The notes beneath the pieces were generated by a model. The model did not search any database. It saw only the letters and a list, made by a program, of their open reading frames with translations, and was not told where the DNA came from. Of a stretch of DNA of 64,000 bases, positions 42,026 to 50,899 are shown piece by piece. Within the stretch, counting starts at the first letter, position 1, and every line of letters begins with the position of its first letter. The stretch spans positions 32,001 through 96,000 of the forward strand of contig CAVRUC010000011.1 in the NCBI GenBank assembly GCA_963724295.1. The letters are read 5' to 3'. Source of the DNA: an uncultured Chloroflexia bacterium (GTDB taxonomy: Bacteria; Chloroflexota; Chloroflexia; Thermomicrobiales; UBA6265). The translations under genes and the position numbers were made by a program.

Positions 42026-43464
42026 ATGATGCGTCATCCCAGTCACTCGTCATTCGTCCCGTCGCTTCACCTCTCACGCCGAGCTCTCGTCGGCTCCGGA
42101 TTGGCCGCGACTGCCCTCTGGAGACTCGGATCTCCAGCGAGCGTAGCGGCTCGGCAAGATGGCTCCGGCGATCCACTCAGCTGGAAGCCCTGGCTGCTCG
42201 AGAGCGTCGATGAACTCCGTCCCCCGCTCCCTCTGACCCGACTCAGGCCGAGATCGACGAGCTGGTTGACTTCCAGAGCCGGCGGTCGGACGAGACCACC
42301 GCCACGGTGATGCGGTGGAGCGGCCAGCCCGTGGTCATCCCCTGGGTGGATCTGGGACTCGATCTCGGAGATGAGTTTGGACTCTCCGGACCGCGTACGG
42401 CGCGCGCTCAGGCGCTGCTGCGAACAGCCCTCTATGACACGGTGCTCGCCACCCTTGATGCGCAGGGAGCCTACGCGCGCGAGGCTCCCTCCGCAGCCGA
42501 CTCGAGCCTCACGCCGATGGAGGGTGTAGCCACTGATGGCGCCTCCTTCCCGTCTCTGCACGCCGCCGTGGCGGGGGCTGCGAGCACGGTGCTGACCTAC
42601 CTCTTCCCGGACGCGGAGGCGGGCCGTTTCGAGGCCTTGGCGAAGGAGGCCGCCGAGACCCCCCTCTGGGCTGGTGCGAACTACCCGAGCGACGTCGAAG
42701 CCGGCCTGGCCCTCGGAGAGGCGATCGGAGAGCGGGCGGTGGCCCGGGGCGAGGCCGACGGCTCGGATGCCACGTGGGATGGGAGTGGCCGGTTGACAGG
42801 TGAGGGCTATTGGGAGCCGACTCCTCCCGGGTTCGTCGAGAAGCCGGTCGAGCCGCTGGCTGGAACCTGGGAGACCTGGGTGCTCTCCGGTGGGGATGCC
42901 GTACGCCCAGCGCCGCCACCGGAGTACGGAACGCCTCTCTGGCAAGCTGAGCTCGAGGCGGTCCAGGAGGCGACGTCGAACCGCACGCTCGAGCAAGTGC
43001 GGATCGTGCAGTACTGGGCCGACAAAGGACCGTTCCGCTCGTTCACCGAGTACGCCCTCGATTTGATAGAGCGGAATCGACTGGATGATGCCCATACGGC
43101 ACGCGTCCTGGCGCTGATGAGCGTCGCTCAGGCTGACGCGGTTATCGCCGTCTGGGATGCCAAATACACGTGGTGGACCTCGCGCCCGATCACCGAAGAC
43201 CCGGACCTTGACATGCTGCTGCCCACCCCGCCGTACCCGTCATACCCGTCGGGCTTCTCCGCGGTCGTGGGGTCCGCGGCGGTGGTCCTGGCGCACCTGT
43301 TCCCCCGTGCCGAGGTCGATCTGCTGGAGAGCGCGGCCGAGGCGGCTGCCCAGCGCTGCTGGTCAGGTATCCACTACCCGCTCGACGACGATATCGGGCT
43401 GGAGATGGGCTATCAGGTCGGGCGCCTGGTCAACTCCGTCGCGCGCGCAGATGGCGCCGCGTAA
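42026..43464 (+). CDS. Tat-exported tandem PAP2 / vanadium-dependent haloperoxidase-like protein (frameshift near 42230)
   Basis: LSRRALV signal; WDAKYTWWTSRP, PSYPSGFS, QRCWSGIHYPLD; degenerate N-terminal copy (SFPSLHAAVAGAA, LWAGANYPSDV). Confidence 0.82.
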
Positions 43465-44164
43465 AGAGATTTCCTACCCAGCTCCTGGGCACTATCTCCC
43501 GGGCGGTTGTCGGCGAGGAGCGTAAGAGGAGACTCACCGCAGGGTCCGGTCGACGATAAGGAAACCGTAGGGCCGTGCCAGGAGTCCAACTGTGCTGGCC
43601 TCTCTAGGCCCCGTCCTGGTCACCGCACTCGTGGGTGTCCTTGTCCTCGCAGGAAGGACAGAAACGCTGACTTCGGGTGTTCCTCCGCCTGGCGTAGGGC
43701 CACAGGCCCTGACTGCGGAGAGACCTCACTTCACGAGCCTTCGCCGGGACGGCTGGCTGGCGGACGCGGTGTGCTGGTGCGGTCGCCGTGTAGACCAGAC
43801 CGAAGACAGCCAGACGGTTGTCTCAGGGCATGGTGGGTCGGGCACGGTCACCCCGTCGGCGCCTCGCCACGCCTGGCCCGAGGCAGGGGGTCCGGAACGG
43901 CACGGGCCCGCGGGAACCGCTCCTGAGATCCGACCGCGGTCCCGGCTGGCAGCAACGTATCTGGAGACGGATCTGGCGAAGGGTGCGGGGGCGGTGTCCG
44001 CTCACGTGGGTACCAATCCCTTCCAACCGGACGGGTGGGACGTGCGCTGGGGTCTCATGGAGATGGCTGCCGCCCAGCGCCGTGACTGGACACGTCGATG
44101 CCCGTGTCGCGTGGAGCCGATGGCATGATCGGCACGGATCCCAGTGCGAAATATCGGCACGCCG

Positions 44165-44194
44165 GCGTCTCATAAGGAGTCGTTTCTTAGACAC
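44165..44194. other. putative site-specific recombination site, copy 3
   Basis: gcgtctcataa-ggagtcgt-ttcttagacac. Confidence 0.55.
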
Positions 44195-44239
44195 CGTCTT
44201 GGGTGACGGGGAAGACTTGTCCTGAATCATAGCCCGCGC

Positions 44240-44267
44240 TTGACAAGTCTCGAATCGTCGGTAGAGT
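44240..44267 (+). promoter_or_regulatory. sigma70-like promoter of the FMO-LLM-lactonase operon
   Basis: TTGACA-16 bp-TAGAGT. Confidence 0.5.
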
Positions 44268-44504
44268 GAAGCTTCCTCAGGCACCTTGATCCCCGCCGTG
44301 ATCTCCGGATCGCCGCGACGGTGGGGGGAGCGAATGGCGAACCCGGCTGGGGCTCTTTCGGCCTGGCCGGGTCATGTCGCGTGACGCACATCTGGCCAGG
44401 TCAGGCCACGACGCCAGGCCCATCCGCTGCGGGAGGATCATCATGCGAGTTGCCATGGGCGAGAAGCGGACCGCTCCGCATCTCATCACACGCCGAACTG
44501 TCCG

Positions 44505-45755
44505 ATGAGCTCTCAGCCGACCGAGGTCGTCATTATTGGCGGCGGGCAGGCGGGGTTGGCCCTGAGCTTCTGCTTGACCGAGCAGGGCCGCTCGCACGTC
44601 GTGCTGGAGCAGGATCGGATCGTGGAGAGCTGGCGTAGCAAGCGATGGGATTCGCTGCGCCTGATTGCGCCGAACTGGTCACTGCGGCTGCCGGGATTCA
44701 CGTATGCCGGCGACGACCCCGATGGCTTCATGGACAAAGACGAGGTCGTCGCCCACCTCGAGACCTATGCTCGGTCGTTCGCCGCACCTGTTCGCGAAGG
44801 GGTGCGGGCGACGGCCGTCGAGCGCAGAGCGGCTGATCCGCACTTTCTGGTGCGGACCCAGGGCAACCCCTACATGGCATCGCAGGTGGTGCTGGCCACC
44901 GGGGCGTTGCAGCAGCCGCGTGTTCCAGCATGCGCCGCGCGGCTTCCGACGAACGTCATGCAGGTGGTGGCGCCGGCCTACCGCAACCCGCAGTCACTGC
45001 CGCCTGGCGCCGTCCTCGTTGTCGGCAGTGGGGAGACCGGCTGCCAGATCGCGGAGGAACTGGTCCGCGCGGGACGGAGGGTCTTTCTCGCGGGCGGTCG
45101 CAGCTGGTGGGCGCCACGCCGCTATCGGGGTCGCGACGCCGCCGCCTGGGGCCGGCTGTTGGGCTGGTTCGAGCGCTCGGTCGATGAGCTCCCGCCCGGG
45201 GTCCGTACCGGCCAATCCAATCCGCAATTGACCGGGAGTAATCGTGGGCACGATATCAGTGGTCACACCCTGGCTCGCGAGGGCGTGCGCCTGCTCGGCC
45301 GGCTGCAGGATGTCCGTGACGGGATCGCCTTTTTCGCCGCGGATCTGGCCGTCAATCTGGCGTGGGGCGACGAGCAGGCGCGGACCTGGCTGCAGGCTAT
45401 TGATGACCTGATCTCCCAACAAGGACTCGAGGCGCCCCCAGAGGGCTGGCCGCACGACCTCCGAGCGAACCAAGTCAGTCACCACCAGGCGCCGGCGGAG
45501 CTGGATCTGGCAGAGGTGGGGATCAGCACCGTGATCTGGGCGATGGGCTACCGCCCCGATTTGGAATGGGTCGGTCTCCCCATCCTGGATACGGACGGCT
45601 ACCCGATCCAGCGGCGGGGCGTGACGAGTGTGCCGGGTCTTTACATCCTCGGCCTGGACTGGTTGCACACCGCGAGGTCCGGCCTGTTCACCGGAGTCGG
45701 TGAGGATGCCGCCTACCTCGCGGCGCAGATCGCCGAACGAGCCAGCGCGGCCTGA
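44505..45755 (+). CDS. flavin-containing monooxygenase-like (CzcO/TrkA-type) oxidoreductase
   Basis: IIGGGQAGL, RWDSLRL, VLVVGSGETGCQIAEEL, VIWAMGY. Confidence 0.88.
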   Translation: MSSQPTEVVIIGGGQAGLALSFCLTEQGRSHVVLEQDRIVESWRSKRWDSLRLIAPNWSLRLPGFTYAGDDPDGFMDKDEVVAHLETYARSFAAPVREGVRATAVERRAADPHFLVRTQGNPYMASQVVLATGALQQPRVPACAARLPTNVMQVVAPAYRNPQSLPPGAVLVVGSGETGCQIAEELVRAGRRVFLAGGRSWWAPRRYRGRDAAAWGRLLGWFERSVDELPPGVRTGQSNPQLTGSNRGHDISGHTLAREGVRLLGRLQDVRDGIAFFAADLAVNLAWGDEQARTWLQAIDDLISQQGLEAPPEGWPHDLRANQVSHHQAPAELDLAEVGISTVIWAMGYRPDLEWVGLPILDTDGYPIQRRGVTSVPGLYILGLDWLHTARSGLFTGVGEDAAYLAAQIAERASAA

Positions 45756-45854
45756 GGCCATCCGCGAAACGCCGCTTCTCGACGCGATTGGGCGATGCGA
45801 ACGCGGCGAAGTGTCTCTCGGAAACGAACGTTGGACTCACGTACGGAGCACGAC

Positions 45855-46820
45855 ATGGTGGCGGTCAGCACGCGCGCACTCAAGGTCGGCCTGCTGCTCC
45901 CGCACTGGGAAGGCTCGCTTGACGGCGCTACCCCTGTCTGGGGGGATATCCTGGCTATCGCCCGGCAGGCCGAGGCGGTCGGCTTCGACTCGCTGTGGGT
46001 CGTCGACCACCTCCTCTTCCGTCGCGACGAGATGATGGAGCATTTCGGCCTGCCTGTCCCGCCAGCTCTGGCTGGCTTGCCTCCTATCGGCTGCTGGGAA
46101 GGCTGGTCGGTGCTGGCCGCCATTGCGGCAACCACCTCACGGGTGGAGCTGGGCACGCTGGTGGCTTGTGCCGGCTATCGCAACCCAGCGTTGCTCGCGA
46201 AGATGGCCGATGCGCTCGAAGAGATCAGTGGCGGCCGCCTGATCCTGGGATTGGGGACGGGCGACTCCATCTTCGAGCACCAGACATTTGGCTATCCGAC
46301 AGATCATCGGGTCAGCCGATTCGAGGAAGCGCTGGCCATCGTCTATCCTTTGCTTCGCTCTGGCCGCGTCGATTTCAGCGGGACCTATTACCAGGCCCAA
46401 GCGTGTGAGCTGCGTCCACGCGGTCCGCGCCCGGACGGGCCGCCGATCGTCATCGCGGGGACCGGTCCCCGCATGCTGCGGCTGACGGCCCAGTATGCCG
46501 ATGGCTGGAACGGCTGGTTGGCCTATGGGCGCAGCCAGCCCGATGTGCTGCCACCATTGCGGGAGAAAGTCGATGCGGCGTGCCGGGAGGTGGGTCGAGA
46601 TCCGGCAACACTGACTCGGTCAGTGGGAGCGCGGGTCGCCCTGCTCGGTCGCAGCGCGCCCGGAGCCGAACCGGTCTGTGGCTCGGTACAGGAGATAGTC
46701 GCAGGATTGCGGGCGTTTGCCGACGAAGGGGTGACGCATCTCCAGGTCGCCCTCGCGCCGAGTACGTTGGCCGGGATCGAAGCTTTCGCGCCGGTGTTGG
46801 AGTTGCTGGACAGCGGTTAG
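45855..46820 (+). CDS. LLM-class flavin/F420-dependent oxidoreductase
   Basis: AEAVGFDSLWVVDH, RNPALLAKMA, SGGRLILGLG, ADGWN. Confidence 0.9.
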   Translation: MVAVSTRALKVGLLLPHWEGSLDGATPVWGDILAIARQAEAVGFDSLWVVDHLLFRRDEMMEHFGLPVPPALAGLPPIGCWEGWSVLAAIAATTSRVELGTLVACAGYRNPALLAKMADALEEISGGRLILGLGTGDSIFEHQTFGYPTDHRVSRFEEALAIVYPLLRSGRVDFSGTYYQAQACELRPRGPRPDGPPIVIAGTGPRMLRLTAQYADGWNGWLAYGRSQPDVLPPLREKVDAACREVGRDPATLTRSVGARVALLGRSAPGAEPVCGSVQEIVAGLRAFADEGVTHLQVALAPSTLAGIEAFAPVLELLDSG

Positions 46821-46894
46821 CCCGCGTCGGTCCGGCTCACCGGCGAGTCCAATACCCTGATCTTCCGAATCGGGCTGCCCGCGAAGGAGAGTTT

Positions 46895-47674
46895 ATGTCC
46901 AGCTGCTCGTACGAGGTGTATGTCCTCAAGTACGCGGAGAGCATGGCTCCGCACGGCACGCGGTTCTACGGCAACGATCCGCACGACGGACCGACGCCCA
47001 TGGATTTCTTCGTCTGGGCCGCTGTTTCGCCGGAGCGTACCGTCGCCATCGACTGCGGCTTCACCGCCGAAACCGCGGCACGGCGACGTCGCCGCTTTCT
47101 GCACACCCCAGCCGAGGGGTTGCGGCAGCTCGGTATCGCCAGCGAGACCATCCAGCATGTCATTCTGACCCACTTCCACAACGACCATATCGGGAACGTC
47201 GCCGACTTTCCGAACGCGAGCTTTGTCGTGCAGGACCGGGAGATGGCCTTCTGGACTGGCCGCTACGCCAGCAAAGGCGGCTTCCTCTGGGTCGTGGAGC
47301 CGGAGGACATTCTGGAGCTCGTTCGCCAGAACTTCGCCGGTCGCCTCCGCTTCGTCGATGGGGCAGCGGAGATCGTGCCGGGAATCACCGTTCACCACGT
47401 CGGTGGTCACGCGGCGGGACTGCAGATCGTCTGCGTCGAGACCGCGCGTGGCCGGGTCGTCCTGGCCTCGGATGCGGCGCATTACTACGCCAATATCGAC
47501 GAGGATCGCCCCTTCCGCATCGTGAGCGACCTACCCCGGATGTACGACGCCTTCGAGACAATCCGCACCCTGGCCGACTCGCCCGACCACATCATTCCCG
47601 GTCACGATCCGCTGGTGTTGACGCGCTACCCCGCGGTGCCGGGTCTGGAGGGCATCGCGGCGCGGCTGGCCTAG
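46895..47674 (+). CDS. N-acyl homoserine lactonase family metallo-beta-lactamase
   Basis: THFHNDH, GGH, ASDAAH, IPGHDP. Confidence 0.88.
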   Translation: MSSCSYEVYVLKYAESMAPHGTRFYGNDPHDGPTPMDFFVWAAVSPERTVAIDCGFTAETAARRRRRFLHTPAEGLRQLGIASETIQHVILTHFHNDHIGNVADFPNASFVVQDREMAFWTGRYASKGGFLWVVEPEDILELVRQNFAGRLRFVDGAAEIVPGITVHHVGGHAAGLQIVCVETARGRVVLASDAAHYYANIDEDRPFRIVSDLPRMYDAFETIRTLADSPDHIIPGHDPLVLTRYPAVPGLEGIAARLA

Positions 47675-47755
47675 TCCCTACCCGGTTAGTGTTAAGCCCT
47701 TGTAGTTCCTGGCCGCGACGGCATCGCCGTGCTTCCGATAGGCGCCGATGAAGAT
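47674..47755 (-). pseudogene. degenerate duplicate of the BVMO 3' end
   Basis: 47674-47748 vs 49200-49274 match at about 64/75, including the stop codon. Confidence 0.8.
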
Positions 47756-47955
47756 AGAGGTGGGTTCTCCGGAGGACGACAGGTCGGGCGAGGGGGATCT
47801 CAGGCAGCGACGGTAGCGGCAGCGCCCCACCCGCTGCACGTCGGGTAGCCATACTGTCTCAGCAGGTGCTCACACCACGTGTATAGTCTAACGAAGCAGT
47901 AACAAGTCGCGAACGTCGTCTCGGAATGCCGAACTTCGCAAGGAGCGCCCCCGCC

Positions 47956-49152
47956 ATGTCTGAACTGTCGGCACACGAACAGCTCGACCGCCGCGGCTTC
48001 ATCTCCGCCGCCATCGGCGCGTCAGCGGCATTGACCACGAGCATGATGCCGGCATCGGCCGAAACGGGGACCGCAACCCCTGTTCCCGGCATGGGTGGGA
48101 CGGCCTACACCGGCGACATGATCGCGGGCAAGCCGGTGGTCACCGCCCTTGACGTCGGGGATCTCGAGCCCGGCCAGAAGCATCTGCTCTATTTCCAGGG
48201 CGTGCAGACGCCCGCTGGCCAGCATCACTACGTCTCGGTGATGGTCGCCAAGGGTGCACAGCCCGGCCCGCGCGTGGCCCTGATCAGCGGCGTGCATGGC
48301 GACGAGATCAGTTCGATCCGCACCGTGCAGCGCGTTATGGAGGACCTCGATCCGGCTGAGATGGCCGGGACGGTGCTGGCGGTCTTCGACGTGTCGCGCC
48401 CTGCCCTGATCAATTTGCAGCGCCGGTGGCCCAACACCGGCCGCGGCTTTAGCCTGATCGACATCAACCGCGAATGGCCCGGCAACGCGAACGGCGGCAC
48501 CGCCTCGTCCCGACACGCGGCCTTGGTCTTCAGTCAGCTCCTTGCACCCAACGCCGACTACGCCATCGACTTCCACACGGCGGCAACCGGCATGGACATG
48601 GTCGACTGCCTCCTGGCGCCCCTGGACCAGCCGGAGGTGCGCGCCATGGCCGAGCTCTTCCCGATCCGGCAGATTTGGGACTTTGCCGGCTACCCGGGAT
48701 TGCTGCCCGTTGCCCTCGCCGACATCGGCATCCCGACCTTCACGCCCGAAATCGGGGCCGCGCGCATCGTCGACCAGGAGATGATCGCCGCCTTCGTGGA
48801 GGGGACGCTGAACGTCCTGAAGCATTACGGCATCGTTCCGGGCTCAATCGGACGCACCGGCACGGACACCGCCGCCTTCGTCGGAGACGGCATGCACGTC
48901 GTGGCGGCAAGCGAAGGCGGCTTCGTCGAGGTGCTGATTGGGTTGGATGAGGAGGTCTCGCCCGGCCAGGCGGTCGCGACCCAGCGCAACGCGTTCGGCG
49001 AGGTCGTGGCGGACTATGCGACCGACACGGGCGGCCGGGTCACGGCGGTCCGCACGGACGCGACGGCGGAGCCGGGCGATCCGCTCGTCTTCATCCTCTT
49101 CGACTCGACTGCACCGCAAGAGCAGGACGCGGCCGAAGTCATGCCTGAGTGA
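47956..49152 (+). CDS. Tat-exported succinylglutamate desuccinylase/aspartoacylase family (M14) protein
   Basis: DRRGFI signal; GVHGDE, DINREWPG, IDFHT, TPEIG. Confidence 0.88.
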   Translation: MSELSAHEQLDRRGFISAAIGASAALTTSMMPASAETGTATPVPGMGGTAYTGDMIAGKPVVTALDVGDLEPGQKHLLYFQGVQTPAGQHHYVSVMVAKGAQPGPRVALISGVHGDEISSIRTVQRVMEDLDPAEMAGTVLAVFDVSRPALINLQRRWPNTGRGFSLIDINREWPGNANGGTASSRHAALVFSQLLAPNADYAIDFHTAATGMDMVDCLLAPLDQPEVRAMAELFPIRQIWDFAGYPGLLPVALADIGIPTFTPEIGAARIVDQEMIAAFVEGTLNVLKHYGIVPGSIGRTGTDTAAFVGDGMHVVAASEGGFVEVLIGLDEEVSPGQAVATQRNAFGEVVADYATDTGGRVTAVRTDATAEPGDPLVFILFDSTAPQEQDAAEVMPE

Positions 49153-49203
49153 TACGCGCGGCAGAATCCGCCTTCCGGCAATGATGGTCGGCGCGCTCAG
49201 TCC

Positions 49204-50871
49204 TTACCGGGTTAGCGTGAAGCCGTCGTAGTTCTTGGCTGCGACGGCTTCGCAGTGCTTCCGGTAGGCGCCGACCCCGCCGACGTAGGGCATGAAGATG
49301 CGCGGCTTGCCGGGGATGTTGGCCCCGGTGTACCAGGACCTGGCCAGCGGATAGAGCGTGGCGTTCGCCACCTCGTTGACGTGGGCCACCCAGGCATCTT
49401 CCGCCGCTGGGGTCGCCTCGATCGTCTGAAGGTCGTGGGACTGCAGGTGCGCGAGACAATCGGCGATCCAGTCGACGTGCTGCTCGATGGAGACCATCAT
49501 GTTGCTGATGACGGACGGGCTGCCGGGCCCGGTGACGGTGAAGAGGTTGGGAAAGCCGGCGATCGCGATCCCGAGGTAGGTGCGAGGTCCGTCGGTCCAC
49601 CTCTGCCGCAGCGTGCTGCCGTCCCGGCCGCGAATATCGATGTTGAGCAAGGCGCCGGTCATGGCGTCGAAGCCGGTGGCGAAGACGATGCTGTCGAACT
49701 CGTGCTCGGCGGCCCGGGTGCGCACACCCCGTGGGGTGATCGCCTCGATCGGATCGCCGCGGAGATCGACCAGGGTCACGTTGTCGCGGTTGAAGGTGTC
49801 GTAGTAGTCGGTGTCGACGCAGATCCGTTTGGTGCCCAGCGGAAAGTCCCTGGGGGCGAGCGCCTCGGCGACCTCTGGATCGCGAACGATGGCGCGAATC
49901 TTGGCCCGGAAGAACTCGGCGGCGGTGTCGTTGGCCTCCTGCCGCGTGAGGAGGTCCGTGTACGCCGCGGCGAAGCCGAGACCACCGCGCTGCCAGCGCA
50001 TCTCGTACTCGCGCTGCCGCTCCTCGGGCGGTACCGCCAGGGCGGACGTGTGGTTGACGGGAACGACGAAACCAACGCGCGACTCGCGGGCCCGGCGGCG
50101 GAACTCCGCGTAGTCCTCTTTCACCCGGCCCTCGTATGCCGGATCCAGCGGAGCGTTTCGCGCGGGCACGCTGAAGTTCGGTGTGCGCTGGAACACCACC
50201 AGCGAAGCGGCCTGCCGGGCGATGATCGGGATGGACTGGATCGCGGAGGAGCCCGTACCGATGACGCCGACGCGCTGGCCGGTGAAGTCCACGTCCGTCT
50301 GCGGCCAGTGGCTGGTGTGATAGGTCGTGCCCGCGAAGCTCTCCAGACCCGGGAAGGCCGGGATCCTGGAGGTCGACAGGCATCCCGTGGCCATGATGCA
50401 GAAGCGGGCCGACACATGGTCGCCGCGGTCGGTCTCGATCTGCCACCGGTTCGCCGCCTCGTCGAAGCGCGCGGCGGTCACCCGCGTCTCGAGCTGAATG
50501 TCGCGCCGGAGGTCGAAGCGGTCGGCGACGTGCTCGACGTACCTCAGGATCTCGGGCTGGGAGGCATACCGCTCCGTCCAGTGCCATTCCTGCTGGAGCT
50601 CGTCGGAGAAGGAATAGGAGTAGTCCATGCTCTCGACGTCGCAGCGGGCGCCGGGGTAGCGGTTCCAGTACCAGGTGCCGCCGATACCGCCGCCCGCTTC
50701 GTAGACCCGCGCCGACAGACCGAGACCGCGTAGACGGTAGAGCATGTACAAGCCGGCGAACCCGGCGCCGACGATGACCGCGTCGAAGTCGCTGATCTGG
50801 CTGAGACCCACATCTCCCAACTCAGGCACACGATGAGCCGCATCCGTCACATGCCCTGCTCGTGGAATCAC
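49204..50871 (-). CDS. Baeyer-Villiger monooxygenase (cyclohexanone/phenylacetone monooxygenase family)
   Basis: VGAGFAG, GGTWYWNRYPGARCD, fingerprint FAGTTYHTSHW, GTGSSAIQ, ATGFDA; start at GTG 50871 inferred. Confidence 0.93.
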   Translation of the reverse strand: MIPRAGHVTDAAHRVPELGDVGLSQISDFDAVIVGAGFAGLYMLYRLRGLGLSARVYEAGGGIGGTWYWNRYPGARCDVESMDYSYSFSDELQQEWHWTERYASQPEILRYVEHVADRFDLRRDIQLETRVTAARFDEAANRWQIETDRGDHVSARFCIMATGCLSTSRIPAFPGLESFAGTTYHTSHWPQTDVDFTGQRVGVIGTGSSAIQSIPIIARQAASLVVFQRTPNFSVPARNAPLDPAYEGRVKEDYAEFRRRARESRVGFVVPVNHTSALAVPPEERQREYEMRWQRGGLGFAAAYTDLLTRQEANDTAAEFFRAKIRAIVRDPEVAEALAPRDFPLGTKRICVDTDYYDTFNRDNVTLVDLRGDPIEAITPRGVRTRAAEHEFDSIVFATGFDAMTGALLNIDIRGRDGSTLRQRWTDGPRTYLGIAIAGFPNLFTVTGPGSPSVISNMMVSIEQHVDWIADCLAHLQSHDLQTIEATPAAEDAWVAHVNEVANATLYPLARSWYTGANIPGKPRIFMPYVGGVGAYRKHCEAVAAKNYDGFTLTR

Positions 50872-50899
50872 TTCGGCCTCTCGCGTGCGACCCAGGATC

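Noticed and set aside
43592..44128. 178-aa ORF with hydrophobic N-terminus
   Set aside because: No recognisable domain and low-complexity translation; may be a decayed or frameshifted gene but cannot be supported.
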